Below, in pieces: positions 38,865 to 50,471 of a stretch of 64,000 bases of DNA; positions within the stretch are counted from its first letter, which is position 1; each line of letters starts with the position of its first letter. Under the pieces are notes generated by a model. It was not told where the DNA came from, made no database searches, and worked only from the letters and a program-made list of their open reading frames with translations. Origin of the DNA: Octopus vulgaris (taxonomy: Eukaryota); assembly GCA_951406725.2 (NCBI GenBank), contig OX597817.1, forward strand, positions 162,378,001 through 162,442,000, given 5' to 3'. The translations under genes and the position numbers were made by a program.

Positions 38865-39069
38865 TCATTTTGCTGTTACTGGTCTGTGTTTGAATCGTAG
38901 AATCAAATATCCAATGAACCGGATTATTACAAGAAGTGAGATTAGAAGAATGATATTGCCATAAAGTGGGATATCAATGTTGGCTGTTTCCACGACAGTG
39001 TAGCTTGGAACTGTGTCTACAGCATTTTTACAAGGCCCAAAGCTGCTTGCTGTAGTTAGATTCAGGCAC
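38865..39069 (-). CDS. ABCG terminal coding exon: (K)CLNLTTASSFGPCKN...IIRFIGYLILRFKHRPVTAK*
   Basis: Acceptor ttttgttacag; 205 nt from phase 2 to TGA. Encodes the extracellular Cys pair and the last TM with R-x-x-x-Y-x-x-L. The nine exons sum to 1134 nt = 377 aa + stop. Confidence 0.93.
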
Positions 39070-41613
39070 CTGTAACAAAAATGCATATTCAAGTTTACTA
39101 ACAGAAAAAGACAACAACAACAATAACAATGGTGGTGGTGGCAGCGGCAATGGCGATGATGATGATGATGATGAAATTATTGTATACAGTGCTCAGGTGC
39201 ACCACAACTTGTCAAAAGTGCATATAAAGTATATGCAGTAATGTACAAATGTCTGGAAAGCGAACAGTGTATGAATCAGATATATGCTTGCGTGTGTATG
39301 GAGGGGAGGCAGAGTGTTGGGCATGTCTGTAAGAGGGATTAGTATTGTTCTGGCAAGACTAATTTGGTCCCGCCTTGTTGCTAACAGATGTTGTAGGTCT
39401 GTGACATTTGGACACTTAGGTTATTCAACGTAACAACTATCTTCTTGAGAGGTATTGATTATCAATAAAGTTAGATTTTTGGTAAATTATTTTAACAACT
39501 CTGACACGATGACTGCCATCTGTGCTAGTGGAGCGCTAAGAGCACCATCCGAGCGTGATCGTTGCCAACTGGCTTCTGTGCCAGTGGCATGTAAAAAGCA
39601 CCATTCGAGCGTGATCACTACCAGGGTTGCCTTACTGGCACTTGTGCCAGTGGCACGTGAAAAAACATTCGAGCGAGGTCGTTGCCAGTGCCGCTGGACT
39701 GGCTCCTGTGCAGGTGGCATGTAAAAAACACCATTTGAGCGTAGCTGTTGCCAGTACCGCCTGACTGGCCCTTGTTCCGGTGGCACGTAAAAACACCCAC
39801 TACACTCTCGGACTGGTTGGCGTCAGGAAGGGCATCCAGCTGTAGAAACGCTGCCAGATCAAGATTGGAGTCTGGTGCAGCCATCTGGTTCGCCAGTCCT
39901 CAGTCAAATCGTCCAACCCATGCCAGCATGGAAAGCGGACGTTAAACGATGATGATGATGATGATGATGATAGTCAATCTGCAGCTATAGTAGAAGACAC
40001 TAGACAGTGTCCACACACTGGAAACAAACCCTAAATCAAACGGTTCTGAAGTCAGCTACTTAATTATCTGGTTATGTCTATATCATCATATTTTAATCAC
40101 TATTTAGCACCCATACTCCATGCTGGCATGGATTTAACAGTTAAATGGATCCCACAGGTCAGAAGATTGTGTCAAGTACCAATGTCTGTTGTGGTATAGC
40201 TTACATAAACAGAGTGTGTGTAGGTATGGTTAAGAAGCTGGCTTTGCAATCAAGTAGTTTGGGGTTTAGTCCGTCCCATTGTTCATCTTTGCGCAAGTGT
40301 CTTCATTATAATGATATCCCGTATGTATCTATTCGTAGAACCTATTTACGGCAAGGTGAATTGAGCAATTTCAGAAATTTTCGTTCAAACACAAGTGGAA
40401 ACAACTCCTGTATACAAACTATTTCCAAGAGGAAATAACTCTTCATCTTCAACTTGACTATTTTTGCAGGGTATCCCGACTGAGAGGATTCAAATAAATG
40501 AAGGGATGGGGCTATGTTAAAGAGCAGTCATTCCATAGGGGATATATAATGTATTGCCCGAATGTGGAATTTAGTGCTCAAAATTTGAAATATAGTAGTG
40601 ATATATGGAGTTGTGTCTGAACATTTTATCAACACTGTGAGAATATTTTATCAAATTAATAGATTCAGGCGTGGCTCTCTCTTTACTCTTGTTTCAGTCA
40701 TTTAACTGTGGCCATGCTGGAGCATCGCTTTTAGTCGAACAAATCGATCCCAGGACTTATTCTTTGTAAGCCTAGTACTTATTCTATTGGTCTCTTTTCT
40801 TGAACCGCTAAGTTATGGGGACGAAAATACACCGGCATCAATTGTCAAGTGATGTTGGGGAGACAAACACAGACACACAAACATATATATATATACATAT
40901 ATACGACGAGCTTCTTTCAGTTTCCGCCTACCAAATCCACTCACAAGGCTTTGGTCGACCCGAGGCTATAGTAGAAGACACTTGCCCAATATGCCATGCA
41001 GTGGGACTGAACCCGGAACCATGTGGTTGGTAAGCAAGCTACTTACCACACAGCCACTCCTGTGCCTATGTTTTTTTACATGGGGAATATTATTTTTCTG
41101 GGAAACAGAAGAGGGCTGATGACAGGAAAGGCATCCAGTTGTGCAGTAAAAGTTTGCTTCCCAACCACAAGGTCTTGGGTTCAGTCCCACTGCATGGTAC
41201 CTTGGACAAGTGTCTTCTATTATAGCCCTGGGCCAACCAAAGCTTTGTAAATGGATTTGGTAGACAGAAACTGAAAGAAGTTACTGTCTCTTTGCTTTGA
41301 CTTCATATGCTAGTTGTAAACGAGAATCACTGTTATGTAAGCGACGTCCTTCATTTCTATTCTTCTGTGAAAACATATCTGATCATGGGGAATATTATTT
41401 TTCTGGGAAGCAGACGAGGGCTGGCGACAGGAAAGGCATCCAGTTGTGAAAAATCCACCTCAACAAATTCTGTCCAATCCATGCAAGCATGGAAAAGTGG
41501 ATGATAAAACAATGATTAATACTGGTCAGGTTTACAACCAAAATGGAAGGAATCAGAGATTTAGAAAGGAGAAAAACAAAAAAATCTAATGTAGAAAAAC
41601 AAAGTATATTTAC

Positions 41614-41731
41614 TTGATAGGTATGTCATTTCCAAATTCTAGCATCACCAAAATGTTGTAAGAATACGCAATAAAAGACAGGTTCTTTAGCCATTGTAAC
41701 CATGGTGGGATCTTTTCTGCATAAAATCCAA
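41614..41731 (-). CDS. ABCG exon: (V)GFYAEKIPPWLQWLKNLSFIAYSYNILVMLEFGNDIPI(K)
   Basis: Acceptor ttctttcag, donor gtaaat; 118 nt, phase 1 to 2. Contains the GF...IP-x-W-x-x-W-x-x-x-LS...EF motif. Confidence 0.95.
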
Positions 41732-42947
41732 CTGAAAGAAACACAATTGTTATAGTAGTAGAAGTAATAATAATAATAATAATAATGGTTTCAAATTTTG
41801 CCACAAGGGCAACCACTTTGGAGAGGGGATGAGTCAATTACATCGACCCCATCAGTATTTCACTGGTACTTAATTTATCAAAATCTACCTTGGCAGAATT
41901 TGAACTCAAAAGGTAGCGACAGGCGAAATACTATTAAGCATTTCGTCCAGCATGCTAATGATTCTGCCAGCTCACTGCCTTAATAATAATAATAATAACA
42001 ACAACAACAATAACAATTTCAATAGGATGAATAATAATAATAGTTTCAAATTTTGGCACAAGGCCAGCAATTTCAAAGGAGGGAGTAAGTTGATTACATC
42101 AACCCCAGTGTTCAACTGGTACTTATTTTATCAAGTTTGAAAGGATGAAAGGCAAAGTTGACCTCCACAGAATTTGAACTCAGAACGTAAAGACAGACAA
42201 AATGCTGCTAAACATTTTGCCTGGTGCGCTAAAAATTTGGCCAGCCTACAGCCTCAACAACATCATCATCAACAACACCAGTAGCACCACCACCACCAAC
42301 AACAGCCATCCAAGAGTTTGGACCTGGAGATCTCCATTTCCAGCAACTTCGAGGGCCACCTCCCAGTGGTGTCGGGCGTCAATGAAGAGTCCTCGACTAC
42401 AAGACGACAACCAAAGTTTTTTTCACCTAATCACCCTTACCTGTCTTGTTGCTTAACAACAACCAACAACAACAACCTTTTCTATTATAGGTGCCTGCAA
42501 TTTTTGAGGTACAGTGTTTAAAAGTCAGGGTACATTATCTGGGTGGAGTACAGTATAAAAAGTCAGTGTCTATTAGACAGGTGAAGTAGAACATGACAAT
42601 CTGAGTTGCTGATTGTGTCTGATTCGCTGAAGCGTTGCATCTGGGAAGGCATGAGTGGGTTTTGGGTATGCACAAGGTACAATGCAACTGCTAATTTATT
42701 ATATGCATGGAGACATGATAATGATCATGATGATGATGTGGTGGTGGTGGAGGTAATGAGAGTAGTGTTGGTAATTGTGGCAATAGAAGTAATATGAGAG
42801 AGAGGGAACCTCCTGGTTTCCAAAGTAGAGCACGGATCATTATGCAGATGCAGTCATACCATGCATGCCTGCAATACAACATGATACTTTATTAAAAGAA
42901 CAAAATTGCAATGAGGTGACGACAGAGGTATTATATGTCTGACTTAC

Positions 42948-43038
42948 CAAACAACATACTGACTAATATGAAAACTGTAGAAAAGGTTAGACCCCACTGT
43001 ATATCCAGAAATACAACGCCAAATAGAAGACCCAAGCC
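42948..43038 (-). CDS. ABCG exon (TM4-5): GLGLLFGVVFLDIQWGLTFSTVFILVSMLF
   Basis: Acceptor ttctttttgcag, donor gtaagt; 91 nt, phase 0 to 1. Confidence 0.92.
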
Positions 43039-43073
43039 CTGCAAAAAGAAATCAACAAATTAAATTCATATAA

Positions 43074-43120
<47 letters not shown>

Positions 43121-43568
43121 TATATGTATGTATGTATGTTTATCTTCATTGCTGATTGTCAAAACACTGAAAACTAGATCATGTAACATAATCCTAGGAA
43201 TGCACATGTACACATACAGACATATATATACTCTTTTACTTGTTTCAGTCATTTGACTGCGGCCATGCTGGAGCACCGCCTTTAGTCGAGCAAATCGACC
43301 CCAGGACTTATTCTTAGTAAGCCTAGTACATATTCTATCAGTCTCTTTTGCCGAACCGCTAAATTACAGTACATATATATACACACACACACACACATAC
43401 ATATATACGACGGGCTTCTTTCAGTTTCCGTCTACCATATCCACTCACAAGGCTTTGGTCGGCCGGAGGCTATAGTAGAAGACACTTGCCCAAGGTGCCA
43501 CGCAGTGGAAATGAACCTGGAACCATGTGGTTGGTAAGCAAACTACTTACCACACAGCCACTCCTGTG

Positions 43569-43625
<57 letters not shown>

Positions 43626-43838
43626 GTGTGATTGTGTCTTTGTTTGTGTCTCCAACCATTGACTGACAACCGATGTTGGCATGTTTATGTCCCCATAACT
43701 TAGCAGTTCGGCAAAAGTAAGCAATAAAATAAGTACTAAGCTTACAAAGACTAAGTCCTGAGGTCAATTTCTTTGACTAAAACCCTTTAAGGCAGTGCTC
43801 CACCATGGCCACAGTCAAATGAATAAAACATGTAAAAG

Positions 43839-43869
<31 letters not shown>

Positions 43870-44244
43870 GAGAAAATGAAGAAAATGGAAAAAAATTGAT
43901 GTACAGACTATTTATTTAAAGACATTCAAATTCATGCAGAGATTTTCCTACCTACAGCTGTTTCGACATCCAATCAACTCAAGTACAGAAATATAATTCA
44001 AATTCCACTATTCGAAACCAGTCAATTGGGTATCCCTTCAGGGAGAATTTCCAAAAGGAAGTTACATTTTAATATGTAGGTTAACCTACGACAAACTCAG
44101 ATGTGTGTGTTTTCTTGAATGCAAGCGTTCCTTAAAAAAACCGTTATTACCATATATAAAGAAACACATTCAACATATTTGAGGTCATGCAAATATATTA
44201 CATTATTATTCTTATTCTTCTTAATAATAATAATAATAATAATA

Positions 44245-44616
44245 GACAATATGTGCATCTCTGATCACGAGCAGAAGTAGTGGGGGAGCATCATAGCCAT
44301 GTGTTGAGAGAGATTCTTTGGGATTTGAATAATTCACCTCTGGAAACATGAGTGATTTGTTCATCATCCTTAAACAACCCTTATTTAGGGACCTTTTGAG
44401 CAGGATGGGTTACTTGACCAGTTGAAAATTCTAACTGGGCCCCACCTGCAAGGTCATGTGCTGTTTATCTTGATATGAGATCACCATGTCGTGCACATAT
44501 GGTTGTAATGCATGTGTCTGGTGTACCCTTATCAAATGGGTAATCATGATGGGCAAACTGGGCTTCGTATATTTTATCCCAGTGTCACTTTGATGGCATG
44601 TACTGCTCTCTCCCTC

Positions 44617-44685
<69 letters not shown>

Positions 44686-44686
44686 C
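44245..44686 (+). mobile_element. Non-LTR retroposon 3' end with (TAA)n tail, inserted in a (TAA)n tract
   Basis: About 370 bp of complex sequence with TAA repeats on both sides (44222-44243 and 44617-44686). Confidence 0.55.
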
Positions 44687-44782
44687 AAATGGCTAGCAAG
44701 TTTAACCTATATAGGTAAAATATACAAATATATAAAGAAAAGTAATGTGATGAATATTTTGAAAAATAGATGAATACAGTGT

Positions 44783-44841
44783 TCTTGGCTAATGATCCTT
44801 GAGTACAAAGGTGCAAAAGGAGAAATCAGTTGATACCAAGA
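44783..44841 (+). ncRNA. Type I hammerhead relic (G5A core mutation) in a PLE-like terminal fragment
   Basis: UCUUGG-CUAAUGA-UCCUU-(16 nt)-AAGGA-GAA-AUC-aguu-GAU-A-CCAAGA: all three stems pair perfectly. Confidence 0.6.
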
Positions 44842-45766
44842 TATCAGTTTCTTGCTTTATGGTTTATACAAGGTGAGCCTGTTTTATTATATTCATTGCA
44901 TTCACTGTGTGTGTTTCTTAATAGTGAGAAATTTGTGGTTTTGGAGTGCTAGCTTCTCTTTCTAACAAGTGGTATTATATATATATATATATATATATAT
45001 AAACTTACTTGGAGGATAAGAAACGACGCGAGGCGCTCAGAGCCATCTGTGTATTGTACTTAATGTGAGAAGTGAAAGCAAATTTACAGTATTCATCCAG
45101 TGATGATATTTCTTATGGATTTACCGTGTTTACAAACACAATATATATCAGAGGCAGATGGAAATCATCCAACAGTCATTGGTTAGAATGTTACAAGCAG
45201 ATTTCTACATCATTGGGCATCATCAATAGCATGCACTCACTGCCAACAATATCCAAAGATGAAGTGTGGTTAGGGAGCTTGCTTCCTAGCTACATGGTTT
45301 CGGGTTCAGTCCCACTGCGTGGCACTTTGGGTAGGTGTCTTCCGCTATAGCCCCGAGCTGACCGGAGCTTTGTGATTGAATTCGGTAGGTGGAAGTTACT
45401 GCCGTGTGTGTATATGTGCGTGTAGGTGCTTGTGCTTCTCCGAAAGAGAGAGAGGGAGAGGGGGAAATCTGTTTCCACTGATGTAGAAAAACAGTGAACA
45501 AACAAACACTGGTATGGAAAATGGCCCCATGGTTGAATAAAAATTCATTTTCATTATATGCAACTGAATCTGTTATAAATTAAAACAGCCATCTGTGTAT
45601 CATACTAAATGTAAAGCGTTGAAAGGCAATTAACTGCAGTATTTGTTATGGTCATGCTGTTTAAAATATATTATACATTAGAAACACACCCAAAATAACA
45701 CAGAATGAAACATAAGACTAATGGATGGTACTAAATAAAGAGAGAGGGAAGACAAACAAAACTTAC

Positions 45767-45981
45767 CTGAGATAATATTGCATGAAGGACAATAATAATT
45801 ACAGACAAGGAGAGGACACCTGGATTGTCCAGCCCTGCCAACAGGCACACCAATAAAAAGCTGACCATTGGGAGAACAATTGCCAAAGGTGCTTCAACAA
45901 ACATCTTAGCCATGTAGTAGGCTGAGAGGCGGTAGTAACCAGCAGCACGCTCCTTCAACAGTAGATCTTTATCTTCAGGAA
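45767..45981 (-). CDS. ABCG exon (TM3-4): (V)PEDKDLLLKERAAGYYRLSAYYMAKMFVEAPLAIVLP...HAILSQ
   Basis: Acceptor attttccag, donor gtaagt; 215 nt, phase 1 to 0. KER-x-x-G-x-Y-R-L-S-A-Y-Y-x-A-K is an ABCG signature. Confidence 0.95.
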
Positions 45982-46455
45982 CTGGAAAATAAATATGAAA
46001 ATATGCTTGTATTTACTATGATGTTGATAAGGTCAATGTTCAGATAAACTATAAATGGTACTTTGTCGGTTAGGACTATGAGTGTTCCAGTTGCTCCAAT
46101 CAAAGGAACAGCCTGCTCGTGAAATTAATATGCAAGTGGCTGAGCGCTCCACAGACATGAGTACTCTTAATGTAGTTCTCGGGGAGATTCAGCATGGCAC
46201 AGAGTGTGACAAGGCTGGCCCTTTTGAAATACAGGTACAACTCATTTTTTCCAGCTGAGTTGACTGGAGCAACATGAAATAAAGTGTCTTGCTCAAGGAC
46301 GCAACACATCACCAGGTATTGAACTCAGGACCATATGATAGTGAGCTGAATACCCTAGCCACTAAGCCAAATGATTTCACAAGATAAACTATAGAGAAAG
46401 TGAAAGCTCAGAGAGAGAGAGAGAGAGAGAGCTGTAGCGGGTAGTAGGGATTGAA

Positions 46456-46824
46456 GCTTGAGAGGCGGTTGGATGGAACCTACACTCGCCTCCTTATGAG
46501 AGCTCAAAATCTCTCGTGGAGGCGCCATCCAACTAAAATGCAAATATATGGGAAATTACCACCTGTGTCATCTCTTGTGAAGGGTAGGAGAGTCCAGTTT
46601 GCTGGACATTGTTGTAGAGCTGAAAAAGAAGTAATTTCTACTCTTCTCCTCTGGAAGCCATCTACTCGCAACACCAGAGGGCGCACACTCTCCTACCCTG
46701 ATGTAATCTCCAGGGATACAGGCATCCAGCAACAGGACCTCCGTAATGCTATGATGGACCGTGAAGTCTGGCGCAACATGGTAAATTCCATTGTCTCGAC
46801 CACGGTCGAACAATGATGATGATG
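46456..46824 (+). mobile_element. Young 5'-truncated RTE-type LINE (intact C-terminal ORF)
   Basis: LERRLDGTYTRLLMRAQNLSWRRH...FAGHCCR...LLLWKP...AMMDREVWR; (TGA)n tail directly at the stop; perfect TSD AGGGATTGAA (46446, 46825). Confidence 0.92.
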
Positions 46825-47266
46825 AGGGATTGAAAGTAGGAATGCAATAAGTATTTAGCATGGAGTCTGGTATTTGAGAGAACAGTAGAGACGATGAGAG
46901 AAAAGACAGATTATGCTATATACACATGTACATAAATATATACATACACATATAGTATGTAGTCCCACCCATGCCAGCATAGCAGGCAGACTTTAAATGA
47001 TGATGTAGACATGTGCTGGTGATATGTTAAAGGCACCCACACCTCTATGGAATGGTTAGCATTAGGAAGAGCATCCAACCATAGAAACCAAGCCGAAACA
47101 GACCAGAGCCTGGTGTAATTCTCTAGCTTACAAGTTTTCAAGATGCTTGACTATCTAGCTTTAAAATACGCACTATGACAGGGTAACTTTTACCTTCTGT
47201 AATGATAACTGATTCATTGGCTTGCAGCATAGCTTCAGGAAGGATGATCTTCTGCCGAGATGACTT

Positions 47267-47683
47267 TAAGGCGGCGAGCTGGCAGAAACGTTAGCACGCC
47301 AGGCAAAATGCTAAGCGGTATTTCGTCTGCCGCTATGTTCTGAGTTCAAATTCTGTCGAGGTCGACTTTGCCTTTCATCCTTTCGGGGTCGATTAAATAA
47401 GTACCAGTTATGCACTGGGGTCGATATAATTGACTTAATCCGTTTGTCTGTCCTTGTTTGTCCCCTCTGTGTGTAGCCCCTTGTGGGCAGCAAAGAAATA
47501 GGTATTTCGTCTGCCGCTATGTTCTGAGTTCAAATTCGCCGAGGTTGACTTTGCCTTTCATCCTTTCGGGGTTGATTAAATAAGTACCAGTTACGCACTG
47601 GGGTCGATATAATCGGCTTAATCCGTTTGTCTGTCCTTGTTTGTCCCCTCTGTGTTTAGCCCCTTGTGGGTAGTAAAGAAATA
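47267..47683 (+). mobile_element. Dimeric family-C SINE
   Basis: Head plus two units of about 184 bp; TSD AGATGACTT on both sides. Confidence 0.88.
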
Positions 47684-48950
47684 AGATGACTTGCCCCAGA
47701 CAAGCTATACAGAGATGAAGTCCCTCTTGGTGTCCCAAACACTCAAGTCATGGAAATCAGTGTGAAATATTTATCTTGAACATCCATGCTATTTTCATCA
47801 TCTCCTTTGTTATACATCATCATCATCATCATCGTTTAGCGTCCGTTTTCCGCGCTAGCACGGGTTGGACGGTTTGACCAGGGTCTGGGAAGCCAGGGGC
47901 TGCACCAGGCTCCAGTCTGATCTGGCAGTGTTTCTACAGCCGGATACCCTTCTTAACGCCAAACACTCCGCGAGTGTAGTGGGTGCTTTTTACGTGCCAC
48001 CTGCACAGGTGCCAGGGGAGTCTGGCATCGGCCACGATCGGTTGGTGCATTTAACGTGCCACCGACACGGAAGCCAGCCAAGGCGGCGCTGGCATCGGCC
48101 ACGTTCGGATGGTGCTTTTTATGTGTCACCGGCACAGAAGCCAGTCGAGGTCATCTAATGCATTTTATGTTCAGCTGCTTCATCAACTCACTTATGCACA
48201 TCATTGTCATTACCACTGCAAGCACTGCCACAGTGCCACCATCATGCCACTGCCACCACTACTGTTGCACCACTGCCACTGCCAGAAACACCACCACCAC
48301 CATCATAACATTCCTTTTCCATGCTTGCATGAGTTGAAGAAAATTTGTTGAGGTAGATTTTTTAATGACCAGATGCACTTCCTGATTCCAACCCTCACCT
48401 GGTATCCCTAATTCCAACCCTTACCTGTATCCGAATTAGGTAATATTTCTCCATGACCAGGCATGTTTTTATGGATGATTGGAAATGAAGGACACCTCTT
48501 GCATGATGATAACGTTTGTGACTATCATGCAAATTATGGCAAGGAAACAGTAATACACACACACATACACATACAACAGGTTTCATTCAGTTTTTGTCCA
48601 CCAAATCCACTCCTGACTGTCATAGTACAGGACACTGGCCCAAGGTGCCTTGTAGTAGGACTAAACCTAAAATCGTGTGGTTGGGAAGCAAACTCACCAC
48701 ATAGCCATGTCAGCAAACAGTTTCTTATAATCATAGTCTATCTAAAGTATTACAATCTATTCGTTTCTCTCTGACCATATATTTTCTACATTTACTACCT
48801 TCATTATGCACTGCTGGTCAATGTCTCACTCTTCACACATGCTTCATGGAGTGTACCTTAGATAGAACGAGAAGAGAAGTCTATGTTGTTGTTTGGTTCC
48901 AGGTCAATATCTCCACCTCAGTTCCTAAAATGGTAAGGTGAAATTCAAGT

Positions 48951-50471
48951 TAGGCAGCAAGATGGCAGAATCATTAGCACACTGGGTGAAATGCTTAGCG
49001 GTATTTCATCTGCCATTACGTTCTGAGTTCAAATTCTGCCGAGGTTGACTTTGCCTTTCATCCTTTCAGGGTCGATAAATTAAGTACCAGTTACGCATTG
49101 GGGTCGATCTAATCGACTTAATCCGTTTGTCTGTCCTTGTTTGTCCCCTCTGTGTTTAGCCCCTTGTGGGTAATAAAGAAATAGGTATTTCATCTGCCAT
49201 TACGTTCTGAGTTCAAATTCCGCCGAGGTTGACTTTGCCTTTCATCCTTTCAGGGTCGATAAATTAAGTACCAGTTACGCACTGGGGTCGATGTAATCGA
49301 CTTAATACCTATGTCTGTCCTTGTTTGTCCCCTCTGTGTTTAGCCCCTTGTGGGTAATAAAGAAATAGGTATTTCATCTGCCATTACGTTCTGAGTTCAA
49401 ATTCCGCCGAGGTTGACTTTGCCTTTCATCCTTTCAGGGTCGATAAATTAAGTACCAGTTACGCATTGGGGTCGATGTAATCGACTTAATCCGTTTGTCT
49501 GTCCTTGTTTGTCCCCTCTGTGTTTAGCCCCTTGTGGGTAATAAAGAAATAGGTATTTCATCTGCCATTACGTTCTGAGTTCAAATTCCGCCGAGGTTGA
49601 CTTTGCCTTTCATCCTTTCAGGGTCGATAAATTAAGTACCAGTTACGCACTGGGGTCGATGTAATCGACTTAATACCTATGTCTGTCCTTGTTTGTCCCC
49701 TCTGTGTTTAGCCCCTTGTGGGTAATAAAGAAATAGGTATTTCATCTGCCATTACGTTCTGAGTTCAAATTCCGCCGAGGTTGACTTTGCCTTTCATCCT
49801 TTCAGGGTCGATAAATTAAGTACCAGTTACGCACTGGGGTCGATGTAATCGACTTAATACCTATGTCTGTCCTTGTTTGTCCCCTCTGTGTTTAGCCCCT
49901 TGTGGGTAATAAAGAAATAGGTATTTCATCTGCCGTTACGTTCTGAGTTCAAATTCCGCCGAGGTTGACTTTGCCTTTCATCCTTTCAGGGTCGATAAAT
50001 TAAGTACCAGTTACGCACTGGGGTCGATGTAATCAACTTAATACCTATGTCTGTCCTTGTTTGTCCCCTCTGTGTTTAGCCCCTTGTGGGTAATAAAGAA
50101 ATAGGTATTTCATCTGCCGTTACGTTCTGAGTTCAAATTCCGCCGAGGTTGACTTTGCCTTTCATCCTTTCAGGGTCGATAAATTAAGTACCAGTTACGC
50201 ACTGGGGTCGATGTAATCAACTTAATACCTATGTCTGTCCTTGTTTGTCCCCTCTGTGTTTAGCCCCTTGTGGGTAATAAAGAAATAGGTATTTCATCTG
50301 CCATTACGTTCTGAGTTCAAATTCCGCCGAGGTTGACTTTGCCTTTCATCCTTTCAGGGTCGATAAATTAAGTACCAGTTACGCATTGGGGTCGATGTAA
50401 TCGACTTAATCCGTTTGTCTGTCCTTGTTTGTCCCCTCTGTGTTTAGCCCCTTGTGGGTAGTAAAGAAATA
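48951..50471 (+). repeat. Family-C SINE expanded into 8 tandem 184-bp units
   Basis: Units start at 49000, 49184, 49368, 49552, 49736, 49920, 50104, 50288; single head; 19-bp TSD GGTA(A/G)GGTGAAATTCAAGT at 48932 and 50472. Confidence 0.95.

Noticed and set aside
45003-45060. Possible extra ABCG exon (GTAAGT donor on minus at ~45008)
   Set aside because: Flanking exons already join in frame (HAILSQ|GLGLL); no convincing acceptor or ABCG-like peptide.
49000-50471. CRISPR-like or hammerhead-retrozyme interpretation of the 184-bp array
   Set aside because: No unique spacers, eukaryotic context; no CUGANGA...GAAA core found on either strand; the unit is a SINE body.
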